The notes under the pieces are model-generated. The model did not search any database and had not been told where the DNA came from. It worked only from the letters and a program-made list of their open reading frames with translations. The position numbers and the translations under genes are program-made. Of a stretch of DNA of 64,000 nucleotides, positions 1-11,840 are shown one piece after another; the stretch's first letter is position 1, and the number at the start of each line of letters is the position of its first letter. Source of the stretch: Narcine bancroftii. Taxonomy: Eukaryota. Location: assembly GCF_036971445.1 (NCBI RefSeq), contig NC_091472.1, forward strand, positions 59,210,001 through 59,274,000. The letters run 5' to 3'.

Positions 1-29
1 CCCTGCGCAATTACATCACCAATGGAACT

Positions 30-2160
30 ATTGACACATAAACATATATGTATATCTGAATATGAGACTGGATTGCAATTACAATATTTTCACTCAGATA
101 ATGTGCACATGCATATAATGCACAGAAAATCATAAATGGAGTAAAAATATTTTCATATAGCATGCACACGATATACCGCATGGGTGTAGTATTGCATTTA
201 CTTGGGACGTGAGCCAAAACACATTCCATAGACCCACTATCTGCCACAGTTAATCTTCCATGATTTACACCCATTAAACGTCCCCCAGATGTGCCAACTC
301 CCCATTATATAGAAGATAACCTCCTGCAACACATTAACAAGCTTTGGAGAGGAATCAATTAAATAGATCGAAGACAGGCTTCAGAGTTAAGAAGGATTTA
401 ATTCTGTCATGATTTAAAAAGCCTTTCTTTAAAAGAAACCTTATCTTGTTAATCTCCTCCCTCAGGGGATGGGTCGGGCAATTAATGTTGATAAGGTGCA
501 GTGCCCTAGCCAGAATAACCTGTTTCTCAGATTACCATGGCACTAAGGCCAAAGAGCTATTCCCAAGATCAAAATTTTGATTTTTTTTTCTATTTTGTAT
601 GTACCCTGTTTCCATGCCCGCTATAAATTGTGCATGCTCTTTTATTGCCACTCTTATTTTTCCCATGGTTGCTATAAATTGCCGATGCAACTTTCCTACG
701 CCCGCTCTAAATTGTGTCCATTGTTTTAACATGTAAAAATATTCTCGTATAGCGCGCACACAGTGTTCTACCTGGTTTGTAAAAAAAAATGCATATAACA
801 TGTGCATTATATACTTAAAATATTGTACCGTTCATCTAATCAATACAGTATTTTTTAGAGATGATGTATATTTTACAAGATTTAAATTTAAATGTAACTT
901 GAGGAGCATCATTCCAAAATAGGCTTTATTACTTTCACGGAGTTCCAAGCACAAGAAGCTCAACTCAAAATCTGCAGTGTAGTTTAAAAAGCATTGTGAC
1001 TGCACATTAAATCAATGCATTCTTTGATTGCTCTTTGCAAATGATTTCTGGGTTGTTGTCTCAGTTTAGAAGGTCACTCAGCAATTTGCTATAAATCTGA
1101 CTTCTGGGTTTTCTTTAGACCTTAATATTTTTAATATTTGCCACTGTGTAGGTTTTACCATGTTAGAAGTTTAATAGCTGCCAATATAAGTGAAATAACC
1201 ATATAGGTATAACCATATAGGTATAATAGAGCCCAAATAGTTTTAATTCTGTTAATTACAATACTTGGATAATCAAAGCCTCAATTATACACATGATCCT
1301 CCTTATCCAATGTTTATCTGTGTATTGCACCTGGATAATATGTATTCTAAAGCAAGGAATGGTGGAAAAATCATTTAGATCTGTCAAAATTCACTGCCAA
1401 TACAGTGAAATAAAGAACAATCTCATTCATTTATAATTATTTCATTGACACTAAATAGATAGGATATAGAAAAGCTAAGAGGTATTTGAACACAAAGAGA
1501 ACATTTTAAACTGAAGTTAGATGGAACATACAGATCATGAAAAGGCCCTTCGGCCCTCGATGTCTGTGCCAACCATGATGTCAGTTCATATTAATCCCAT
1601 TTGTCTGCACATGAACTATATCCTCTATTTCCTGCCTGTTCATATGTCTGTTTAAATGCCTCTTGCATGTTGGTTTTGTACCTACTGTACTGCTAATGTT
1701 ACAGAGTTCTGTGTTATGTATTAGTCTATGTGTTGTGTGGTTTTGTGTTGGAAAGTGACATTTTGCCTTAGAGAGCCAAGGTGAAGGTGGAAGATGGACT
1801 GGGCATGTGCAGAAGATGATATAGAAATTTCTGGACTTGGAAGACAAACCACCACTGGGTGTGACTGTGAAGTGGAAGGAGTCATTGTCTGGGAGGCAGT
1901 TTAGAATGTTGGGCATTTTAAAAGGAATGAACATTCTGAAGGTAGTCAGAAGGATCCAGATCAAGCAATTGTTCCTCTCTCTGCAAGCAACACAAGACAA
2001 CTTTGAATTTTGTGCTCTCTCTCTCGCTCTCAAAGATCTTTTGGGTTCAGTTTACCAAACAAACTGAATTTTGTTTATGATCTTTGCTTCTGTTGAGATT
2101 GAAGTTTTGTGAGTTTTGTGTTTGTTTTGTGTCTAAGTTTTTCTGTGGGCTGGTTGGAAA
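30..2160 (+). repeat. Donor copy of a ~2.1 kb local duplication (second copy 12336-~14285)
   Basis: Colinear, highly similar sequence from attgacacataaacatatatg (30 vs 12336) through the CR1 tail and into the LTR; scattered substitutions and a few indels. Confidence 0.95.
1520..1696 (-). mobile_element. CR1-type LINE 3' end fragment (duplicated at ~13650-13821)
   Basis: aggcccttcggccc...tgtgccaaccatgatg...tttaaatgcctctt resembles the reverse complement of CR1 3' UTRs; abuts the LTR at 1697. Confidence 0.6.
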
Positions 2161-2263
2161 TATAACTTAGACCTTAATTATATATGTTATATTTAGGCTG
2201 CTGAATTTATTACTTTTACACTGTTATATAAATTTGCATAGTAACCAGTGGGTATTGTTATAA
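1697..2263 (+). mobile_element. 3'-truncated LTR of the Gmr1-type Gypsy family
   Basis: Starts TGTTACAGAG; aligns to LTRs at 11841, 13822 and 19107; similarity stops at gggtattgttataa. Confidence 0.9.
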
Positions 2264-2387
2264 AACAATACCCTTGATTAGTTATCAAGGGAAAACCATA
2301 GTAAGGTGAAGTGCAAAATACTTTGTTCTCTTCTCTTAATTTTTATTAATGTCATTCTCAATTTTTTTTACATATTAAATTAAAATG

Positions 2388-2871
2388 TTTAAATTTCGAC
2401 AGGCAGCACAGTAACAGGCCATTTTGGCCCATGAGTCTGTGCTGTTGTAGTGCACTACCAGTCACCACAAAGACTAGACAGAGGGAACGATAGGCCTTAA
2501 TGTACAGAAGAACCTTGCTGGCCCGGATCCAGGTATAGGAATGGAGGCAAGGGAGAGGTGGCTCAACATTTATGACCCATGACCATGGGGGAGGAGTCAT
2601 AGGGTATGAGTCATCAGTGGGTAGGCCAGCTATACAGTAGTCAATCATAGCTATATACAATGAAGGAAACATATCACCATAGCCACCCAATTAGCCTACA
2701 CCCCCGGTACATTTTAATGGTGGAAGGAAACTGGAACTCCCCCCCCCACGGAAATCCCACACGGACATGGGAAGGATGTATAAACTTCTTACAATCAGTG
2801 CAGGTTCAAACCCTGGTCCCGATTACTGGCGCTTTAACAGTGTTATGCTAACCGCTATGCCAACCGTACTG
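2388..2871 (-). mobile_element. V-SINE (HE1-like tRNA-derived SINE) split by a solo LTR
   Basis: Reverse complement matches the SINE at 38505-38757 (tRNA-like head, V-domain, CR1-like tail); interrupted at 2446-2681. Confidence 0.8.
2446..2681 (-). mobile_element. Solo LTR (~236 bp, Gypsy-like) nested in the V-SINE
   Basis: Ends TGTAGTG...CACCATA; flanked by gctgt and gccac, both derivable from the SINE target gccgc by CpG decay and C>T change. Confidence 0.7.
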
Positions 2872-4215
2872 ATATTAATCTTTTTATATCTGCATTAGGT
2901 AGTACGACCTTTCTAGACTAGACTTTGGTACTATATATATGTAGTAACACATTGCTCAGATGAACATCTATGTCTGCACCATACTCAATGAAGGGTTGCA
3001 ACTACTTGTTAATTGGCTCTGTGACTTGCCTACTTTATCTGTTGGACACCGTCTTCAAACACTCCTCACAAAATCAAATTTTAGCAAATTGTTTTCAACA
3101 GCAAGTTGACTTGCAATTAATAATTTAAACTGTACAAAAGCAAACTATTCAAATCCTCAAATACGAGAATACAGAGAATACAAATGAAAAAAAGATCCCT
3201 AATGTTTCATGATTTTCTCTCTGTATTCCAGCCAGGAAATAACATTGGCATACGCAGTAAATAAATTGCCGATACAAAGAATAAATGCCAGAACCATTTC
3301 GTGGAAAAAATTCCATGAACATTTATTTGAGACATGCTTTCCAATAAAATTTTGATCACATTGCTTTTATATGGCTGTACAGTTAGCACGTTTTCACCCA
3401 ATTGGTGAAAGATCATGAATGTATTTGAAAACCTCACACCAATGCTTGCTGTTTTATCTTAGAGTTCACCTATGCCTTTACAGGCCCAGAGTAATTAACC
3501 TGATGGTACCATATTTCAACTTTAAAAATGATTGTAAATGTTACACCTTGTCTATCCCATCAAGTCATGACTGTAAATAACCTCTTTATGCCAGCACTTC
3601 CAGGAATCCAAAATGCTGAAAAGAGCAAAACTCAGAACAACTTGCAGTTCAAGTAGTTAAAAAAAAAACTGCAATTTAAAAATAATTTAAATTAGTTTAA
3701 GATGCTTTGTCCCTTTTTATCTTCAACACTTTCATTATTTTCCCTCTTTCTTTTCAAACATTGATGTATAAAAACTGCTAACAATTTAAGAGTAGTACAG
3801 TTATTGATTATTAATTTAATGGATTGCAGACGTGCAAGAGAATGTTGTACTTTGAAATTCAACTGATAAAAATGTTGAATTTTGATTAAATTAAAGCAAA
3901 AATTGCCTGAAACACATGGATTTCAGATAACCAGCAACTGCAGTGTTCGATTTTGAAATTGAATGAAAATGTTGACCATAAATTTTTGAATATAACAAAT
4001 AAATACATCCTTTCAGTCAAGAGGATACAAACAACCTGTTTTTGGTAAACTTACACCAATTTACTTAAAATTAATTTTTTAAAAACTGCATCTCATAACT
4101 GGAGTTTGCTCTAAATGTGTACACGCTGCTTTTAGTATTAGCAAGCAACCCAAGGAAAATGAGTGAAACATGAAAGATGCACCATTTTGGTGTGTTTTTA
4201 CACAGGAAATGGTCA

Positions 4216-5093
4216 CCAGCTCCCCACCATGACTGCCAGCCCCCCCCACATCTCTATCGGGCACACAAAACTCAAAACGGTCAACCAGTTTACCTATCTC
4301 AGCTGCACCATTTCATCGGATGCAAGGATCGACAATGAGATAGACAACAGACTCGCCAAGGCAAATAGCACCTTTGGAAGACTACACAAAAGAGTCTGGA
4401 AAAACAACCAACTGAAAAACCTCACAAAGATTAGCGTATACAGAGCCGTTGTCATACCCACGCTCATGTTCAGCTCCGAATCATGGGTCCTCTACCGGCA
4501 TCACCTACGGCTCCTAGAACGCTTCCACCAGCGTTGTCTCCGCTCCATCTTCAACATTCATTGGAGCGACTTCATTCCTAACATCGAAGTACTCGAGATG
4601 GCAGAGGCCGACAGCATCGAATCCACGCTGCTGAAGATCCAGCTGCGCTGGGTGGGTCACGTCTCCAGAATGGAGGACCATCGCCTTCCCAAGATCGTTT
4701 TATATGGCGAGCTCTCCACTGGCCACCGTGACAGAGGTGCAGCAAAGAAGAGGTACAAGGACTGCCTAAAGAAATCTCTTGGTGCCTGCCACATTGACCA
4801 CCGCCAGTGGGCTGATATCGCCTCAAATCGTGCATCTTGGTGCCTCACAGTTCGGCGGGCAGCAATCTCCTTTGAAAGGAATGGAGCCCACCTCACTGAG
4901 CCCACCTCACTGACAAAAGACAAAGGAGGAAAAACCCAACACCCAACCCCAACCAACCAATTTTCCCCTGCAACCGCTGCAACTGTGTCTGCCTGTCCTG
5001 CATCGGACTTGTCAGCCACAAACGAGCCTGCAGCTGATGTGGACATTACCCCTCCATAAATCTTCGTCCGCAAAGCCAAGCCAAAGAAAGAAG
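4216..5093 (+). mobile_element. 5'-truncated RTE-clade LINE (RT C-terminus, zinc finger, short A-rich tail)
   Basis: ORF 4163-5059 contains FTYLSCTIS..EIDNRLAKA..TKISVYRAVVIPTL..QLRWVGHVSRMEDHRLPK; TSD acacagg(a/g)aat at 4200-4210 and 5094-5104; 14-nt tandem duplication near 4884 shifts the frame. Confidence 0.9.
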
Positions 5094-5934
5094 ACACAGG
5101 GAATACAAGTTGTCTGGTGATATGAAGGGAAAAGCATTACTTTAAGCATGAGTTGGTCATTGAAATCATGGTCATGGGATAACATGGCATCACAGGGTAA
5201 AGTTATTTGGGACAATCCTACTGCTCATGCTGGCAAGTTGTAAATTATTGTTTCAGTTTGATCAGAATCTAAATTCTTGCAAAATTTCAGTCATCAGTGT
5301 TGAAAGTTACAGGATGTCATAATTGAACAAAATCTTGTCCCATTGATAGTGGATGTTCCACCCAAGAAACTGTGAAATGCACAATATTGTTAAAGGACAG
5401 GTCTGTTTGGTGATACTGTAATTGTTTGGTTAAATGTCAGAAACATCCAAAATATTGCACCAACATTGGAATTAAATCCAATTTAAATATTTCACATCTT
5501 ATCCCCATTAATTTTATTTTTAACTGAAAGATCAATGGAAAATTTAAAACAAACTTTGATTTGTACCAGTTTGAAATGTAGCATTAATTTTCAATTGTTA
5601 ACACATTTTTAGAGTTCTGGATACATAATTGGAACTCTCTGAATTTAGGAGTAGGTTACACACCATACTAATGGCCATTCCCATTAACAGGTATAGAGTG
5701 GGTGTCTGAAGGATTATTATGACATTAATCATAGCCTATGGTGGATTGAATATGAAAATTGCCATTAACTAATTCCAAACACCTCCATTAGCTTGTTCAC
5801 TCACCAGTAGATAGACAACCAGTTTATCCACCAGATCTACATTTATCGATTATTCGCTGGTTAGCTTCTGTACAATTTCTTTACCATGTGGCAAATCTTT
5901 TTTGTGTGTGTCTATTTTCCTTCAGTTTTTTTTT

Positions 5935-6265
5935 CAGGAAGTGGACTTTATCCACTTTGCTGCCAATCTCCACCCTGACCTCAAGTTCACTTGGTCCATC
6001 TCCAGCAACACTCTCCCTTTTCTTGATCTCTCGGTCTCCATCTCAGGAGACAAACCCTCGGCAGACATCTTCTACAAACCCACCAACTCCCACAGCTACC
6101 TTGACTACACCTCTTCCCACCCTGTCCCCTGTAGGGATTCCATTCCTTTCTCTCAATGTTCTGCATCTCTGTTGCATCTACTCCCATACAAGGCCTTCCG
6201 TGGATGTCCTCCATCTTCAAAATTGAGGGGAAGCTTCCCCTCTACACCATTAACTCGGCCCATTT
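5935..6265 (+). mobile_element. Penelope-like element RT fragment
   Basis: ORF 5902-6267: LKFTWSIS..LPFLDLSVSISGD..DIFYKPTNSHSYLDYTSSHP..SIPFSQ, typical of the PLE RT thumb region. Confidence 0.85.
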
Positions 6266-6425
6266 AAGGGAAATTTAGAGAGATATGGATGGGAGAGTTA
6301 TGAAGGGCTATAGATCAAGTGCAGGTCAGTGGGACTAGACAAAAAAGTATGGTTCAACACAATCAAGATACACTGAGGTTGCCTGTTTCTTTTCTCTAAT
6401 TGTACTGTGATTCTAAGGTTCTAAC
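6262..6425 (+). mobile_element. CR1 LINE 3' end fragment
   Basis: catttaagg..agatatggatggg..caggtcagtgggactag ending in a (ttctaag)-like tail. Confidence 0.6.
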
Positions 6426-6529
6426 TATCAAACATGTTTAGTGAGAAATGTCAGGTGGATGATCCAACTCAGTTGCTTCCTGATTTCCCTACCATCATGA
6501 GAATCAATATTCATCCAAATAGATTCAGT

Positions 6530-6885
6530 CCTAACGATATGTAAAAAAAAGCTGAGACATTGGATACAGCTGACACGAGGAGATGAGACCACATTTTGGC
6601 CATTGTGCTAAAAACTTGCACTTTGTAACTAATTGAGCCCCCGAGTCACACTGTTTCTGTACAGTTATAGCATAGGCATTTTCCCAACAAAGTAAAAGCT
6701 TGCGCATATGACCAAATCACGAAAAAAAACAGGACAAATCTAATCCGACTAATTATTCTTCATCAGGCTACTTGCACTCATCAACAATTTGCTGATTGCC
6801 TGTTCACTGAGGCCATGTTCAGATTTTGCCAGAACTACTTTCCACCATATCTCATCACAGCCTTGATCCAAATATGCACTAAAAA
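6530..6885 (+). mobile_element. Old CR1/L2-group LINE RT fragment
   Basis: Degenerate gtgctaaaaacttgc..ggcattttcccaaca..aggacaaatctaatccgactaattat (KSNPxNY RT N-terminal motif). Confidence 0.5.
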
Positions 6886-7009
6886 TCTTATTTTCTGCAG
6901 CTTTCAGAGGAAAAAAGAGAGTTACAGATCCCTTTGTTTTGAGATGGATTTTGCTGGTATGATGGTATTTAACTTCAAGCTGTAGTCAATGAACAATAAG
7001 TTTGATGTT

Positions 7010-7122
7010 GGGTTGGATGTGAGGTTCAGGTGTGTATTGGTTGGGGGATGAGGTTTGGGTTAGTTGGGGGTTAGGATTAGGGCTTGGGTTGGGTGGGGTT
7101 GATGTTGGAGTAGGGTTTGTGG
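7010..7122 (+). repeat. Degenerate (GGGTT/GGTTAG)-rich low-complexity tract
   Basis: gggttagttgggggttaggattagggcttgggttgggtggggtt. Confidence 0.6.
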
Positions 7123-7249
7123 TCACACTGGTACAACTACAGAAATTTGGGTGGTGTTCCTTATTCTCCTTTTAAAAAAAAACAAAAAAATTCAAAAAGT
7201 GTTTTTGATGCAAAGTGTAGAACATACTGAATCTTGAATCTTGAATCTG

Positions 7250-8405
7250 ATGTTGGTGTTCTTGTGGTCCAGCTGATCTCATGCAGAGTGGAGGCCAGCA
7301 AAATGATCTTGCTGTTGACTTGTGACAATAAGTGGATTGAAGTGGGTCCAGATCTTGATGAGATAAGAGTTGATGTACTCTATATAATCAACCTCTCAAA
7401 GCAGTCATCACAATTGAGGCATATAACCTTGTTCTTGGGCTCTGGTAAAATGGATGTACTTTTGAAGCAGCTGTTGACCTCAGACTGTAGCAGTGAGAGG
7501 TTAAAAATTTCTGCATAAACCCAGCCAATTGGCCTGCATAAGTTTTAAGGATTCAGCCAGATTTAGCTTCTGGATCGGTCGCTTTTCAAGGATTCATCAT
7601 GAAGGCTATATTCACATTGGCCTCAGTAAATGGGAACATAGACAGGGACTGTGGGGATTGTGAGGCTTCCTCATTATTTTCCCTTCTGAAGTGAACATTG
7701 AGGTCATCCAGAAGAGATGTATCACAGTTAATGATACTGCCTTGTTTCCCCTTATAAATTGTCATGGCATGCAGGCCCTGTTTCAGTTATTGAACATCGA
7801 TCTGAGACTTGTTTGGCCTTAAGTTGTCTCTTTGCATTGGTAAAGGCCTTCTGGATGTTGTACCTGGTCTTTCTACATAGTCCTGAATCACCTGATCTGA
7901 ATGCCATAGATTGATTCTTCAACAGTTTATTGATCTCTTAGTTCATCCATAGCTTTTGGTTAGGATACACATGCATGGTCTTAGCAGCAACACACTCAGC
8001 GATGGATATTTGTGATAATGCTAGTAATTACTGAGGGTTATTCATTCACATTCATTACCAAGTCCTCGAACATAGCCCAGTCCACCAACTCCAGGAAGTT
8101 ATGAGGCTGTTCTTTTGACTCCCCAGACTATATCTGTGCAGTCTTCACTACTAGTTCCATCCTCTTCAGTTTCAGTTTGTCTGCTGGAAATAGAATAACA
8201 GCCAGGAATTTGTCTTTCCAAATTGTGAACATGGAAGGGAATGGTAGGCATTCTTGATTGTGATGTAGCAACGGTCAAGAGTGTTTGTTCCTTTTGAGTT
8301 GCGGGAAGTGTTCTGGTGGTCGTTTGGGAGTACATTCTTTAAGCTTGCCTGGTTGAAGTCCAAAGTGTTGAATTCCAGAGGTGACCAGAGCCTGTCACTC
8401 CTTGA
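7250..8405 (-). mobile_element. Rex1/Babar-type LINE fragment (endonuclease end to RT start)
   Basis: Minus ORF 8172-8411 DFNQASLKNVLP..KGTNTLDRCYITIKNAYHSLPCSQFGK resembles the Rex1 APE C-terminus; many stops and frameshifts. Confidence 0.75.
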
Positions 8406-9582
8406 TATCAAGCCACCATTTCACCAAGGGATTTAAAACTGGTCAATGGGCATCAAGATGAAAGCATGCCAATGGCTGGATTAATATCATTCACAAAGGA
8501 AAATGCTTCTTGTTGTTGGTCATCAGCATTTGCAAGCATGGCTGTTCATTGACTGTTCATTTGTCAGAGGTATTGCAAATAGCATTGACCATTATCAATC
8601 ATCATTTATTGAAGTAAAGGTGACCAATAACCAATCACTAAACATTGAGGGCATAAGACACTGCTCTGAGACATAACTTGGCAAAAAGAAGTGCCAGACA
8701 ATAAGAGTTGCTAAGAGTGCAGTGAATGTATCTTGGATTTGAGTAAAAGGGCAATTAAGAGTTTACTCCCACAACCAAAATGATTCAAAGAGTAAGGAGG
8801 AAACAGTGGAAAGTGAATTAATGTGGCATTAAAAAAAAGGAATAGAAATGAAAATGGTTACAAAATGAATGGAGAATGAACACACTGAAAGGGAATGTAA
8901 GAAACAAATGTGACATGTTAAGTTCTGCCAAACTAATTTCCAAGCACTAAGAATAAAACTTCAAACTTTTGATAGAGTTTTTTGAATATTTTTTCCCCAT
9001 ACATGCAGTAATCGAAATTACTATGATAATGCAAGTTTCAAAAGAGCAAATTGAAAGTTTCATACAGAATGGTTTGCACCCAAACTTTTAATAGTTAAAG
9101 TAAAAGACAGAGAAATTGATTGGCAGTTATTAATTCCTATCATGTTGCTACTTGTGTACTTGTAATTTCTGGCCATATCTGAGGTAGATTTCATTTGTAT
9201 CTATTATATAAAAAAATACAGCCAAGATTGTGGCCTTCAGTCCTTGTCAGTGGTGAGGCTGACAAAAAAATAAATTTGTTCACGTGAAGCTAATTCGATG
9301 GCAATGTTTGGATAATCACATTTAATTCTCCCCCAGCAGTGCAAAATAACAATGTTGCTATCAATTTGATAGTAAAATCTGCAAATGTACTTTGTTTATG
9401 AAGCTATGAGAATTATAATTTTGAAAGGGATATTTCTTCCACAATATAACAAATATATTTATTGTAATTTGGCTACAGTAGAATCAAATGTACAGCACTG
9501 AGAGAGATCATTCGACCCACTTGGTTTAAGATGCAATTAAGGCTCTGCACAAACTGCTTGAACTCACTAGCACAAACAACTG

Positions 9583-9822
9583 TTTAGACAAATTTAGACA
9601 TACATACATACAGCATGGTTACAGGCCATTTTGGCCCACATGCCTGTGCCACCTAATTACACCAAATTGACCTTCAAACCCAATTCATTTTGAACAGTGG
9701 GAGGAAACCAGAGCCCCCATGGAAAACCCAAGCAGACACAAGGAATCAACTAGGGATTCAAAGCCCGGTCCTGATCGCACTGTAACAGCTTTGAGCTATC
9801 TGCTGCGCTTACTGTGCCACTC
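9583..9822 (-). mobile_element. V-SINE copy
   Basis: tttagacatac..caggccattttggccca..gtgggaggaaaccagagccccc..ggattcaaagcccggtcc. Confidence 0.8.
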
Positions 9823-11840
9823 CATTTTTCTTTCTCCATTAAATCTAGGTTCTCTCGAAATGTATCCTACCCGAATCCAATGTGCCAACATTATCCAGTG
9901 TTGTTGTCAAAGAAATTCTCAATTCGCGGTGCATGTTTTTTCAGATTATGTTATGCTTATGAGATGCTCAGTGTTAAATTTCCCCTCCATATTACATTTT
10001 TTTATATGTATTCCCTATCATTCTCTTTATCTCCATTTCAATCAAGTCACATCTCAGCATTCACTTTTCTATTGAAACAAGCCCAATCTTCAGACTTCCT
10101 GGCCCCCTTCTGGCCATATTGTTTGTGGTATCAATTGTGATTTAGTAAGGTCTGCAGTGTGTTTTCTCAGAATGTTCAAACTACAGCCCTGGTGCACAAG
10201 TGGGGAAAAATCACTGACTTTTTTTAAGATTAATTATATTGATGTGGCAAAGACTTATGATTACACTGGACAACAATTTTTTCTCAGAAGGCTTGCTTCC
10301 TGAAAAAAATGGGGATTATGATCGACAACTTCAAGCTGAATGCAAAGATAATTTCAGATTTGCTGTATCCCATAGGGAGTTGGAAAAACATTAAATGAAC
10401 TTTTATTAAATTTAGCAGGTTTAATCGCCTAATGATGCTGACACATTGCATTAGTTCAACTGACCTGAACATGTTTTGCCGCTGATTGTCATTTGTACTC
10501 GGCATCTGATGCCTCTTGTAGAAGTATCAAACAATGGTTGGCCAGCATTAATGGATTCCAATGACCTTGATCCTGCTTTTCGATGGTCGCAATGTCCTGA
10601 TGAAACTTTTTCACCATTTTCCTCATTGATTGTACCAAGAACAGCAGGAAAGAATTTCAAGTGAAATTGGAGACAATAAATGCTATTATTAAGTACACCC
10701 ACTATGCTATTGCCTAAAGAACACGTGCAACAATTTTCATTCAATCAATATCAATGTAATCTCTATATATGAGCTGCTTTCACAGCCTGTCTGCATTTAT
10801 CCTGACTTATCCCAGGCATGCTTGGACTGACCAAAATAGCTTCCTTTGTTTACTAGTAAACTGAATATATGACAGGAAATTACAAAAATAATTTATATCT
10901 AAAAAAAAGGTACATTTTAGGGAAATTTAAGGTGATTTTCACAGCCCAAATTCTTAAATACACCCAAAAGTGTTAAGGAAGCAGATTGTCCATGCCCAGT
11001 GTTATTACTGAATATATCTCAAAGGCCATATTACTCCTGAATTTGCTATACAATTAGCTTTGCTCCTTAACAAACTCTGCCACATTTGACAAACTTTGCC
11101 AAGAAACTCAGCATCAAAATGCATTAAAAAAGCATGGAGAATTTATCCTGCTGTTTTGAACTCAGAATCTTGAACATCTTAGGGCTGATGCATTCAATTG
11201 TGGAAAAAGTTTAATGGTGTCATCAGTTCTAATTAGAGCTGAATAAACTCTTGCTTGCTGTAACAAATACATTTTTCAAGTATGGTCTTTTATTGCTGCA
11301 GTATTCAATTAACAATCTGGATTTTAAAATGAAGTTCTTTATTTTTCATGTTTTCTACCACTACCTTTCAGTTCTCTTTTCATTTCCCAATCATAATTTT
11401 GTATCTATGCATGCAACAAATTTGAGCCATTGAACCTTTCTTTCCAGTGTAAATTTCAAATTGGTTGATGCAGGATTTTTACACCCTGATCTAATAATAA
11501 ATTATTTAGCACCTATGTGCAACAAAGGTTCCATGAACATTGATGATTGTAGAATTCTTTCCGGTTTATAAAAGAGAATTAAATCTGAAAACACATTCAA
11601 ATTAGATGTAATTTATAGCTGCAAGAATTCTCGGAACAAGTATGACTATATAATGAAAAACTGATTTTTCATACTGCCTACAGTTGAAGAAAGAGATCAC
11701 CTGAATTAATTCAATTAGTAAAAGAGCTATCAAAGCCACAAAAAATTAAATGTAGTGTACTGTACAGATTAATTTTAGTAAAACCACATACACTGACCAG
11801 AGAAACCTGCATGGTACTTAATCAGTCCACAGTATCACAC

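Noticed and set aside
1581-2067. Recurrent ORFs (RQFRMLGILKGMNI and antisense) as a small gene family
   Set aside because: They recur only because they sit in four copies of one LTR; starts, lengths and frames are not preserved.
4163-5059. 298-aa ORF as a host gene
   Set aside because: It is a truncated RTE RT with a chance upstream start in flanking DNA and a frameshifted end.
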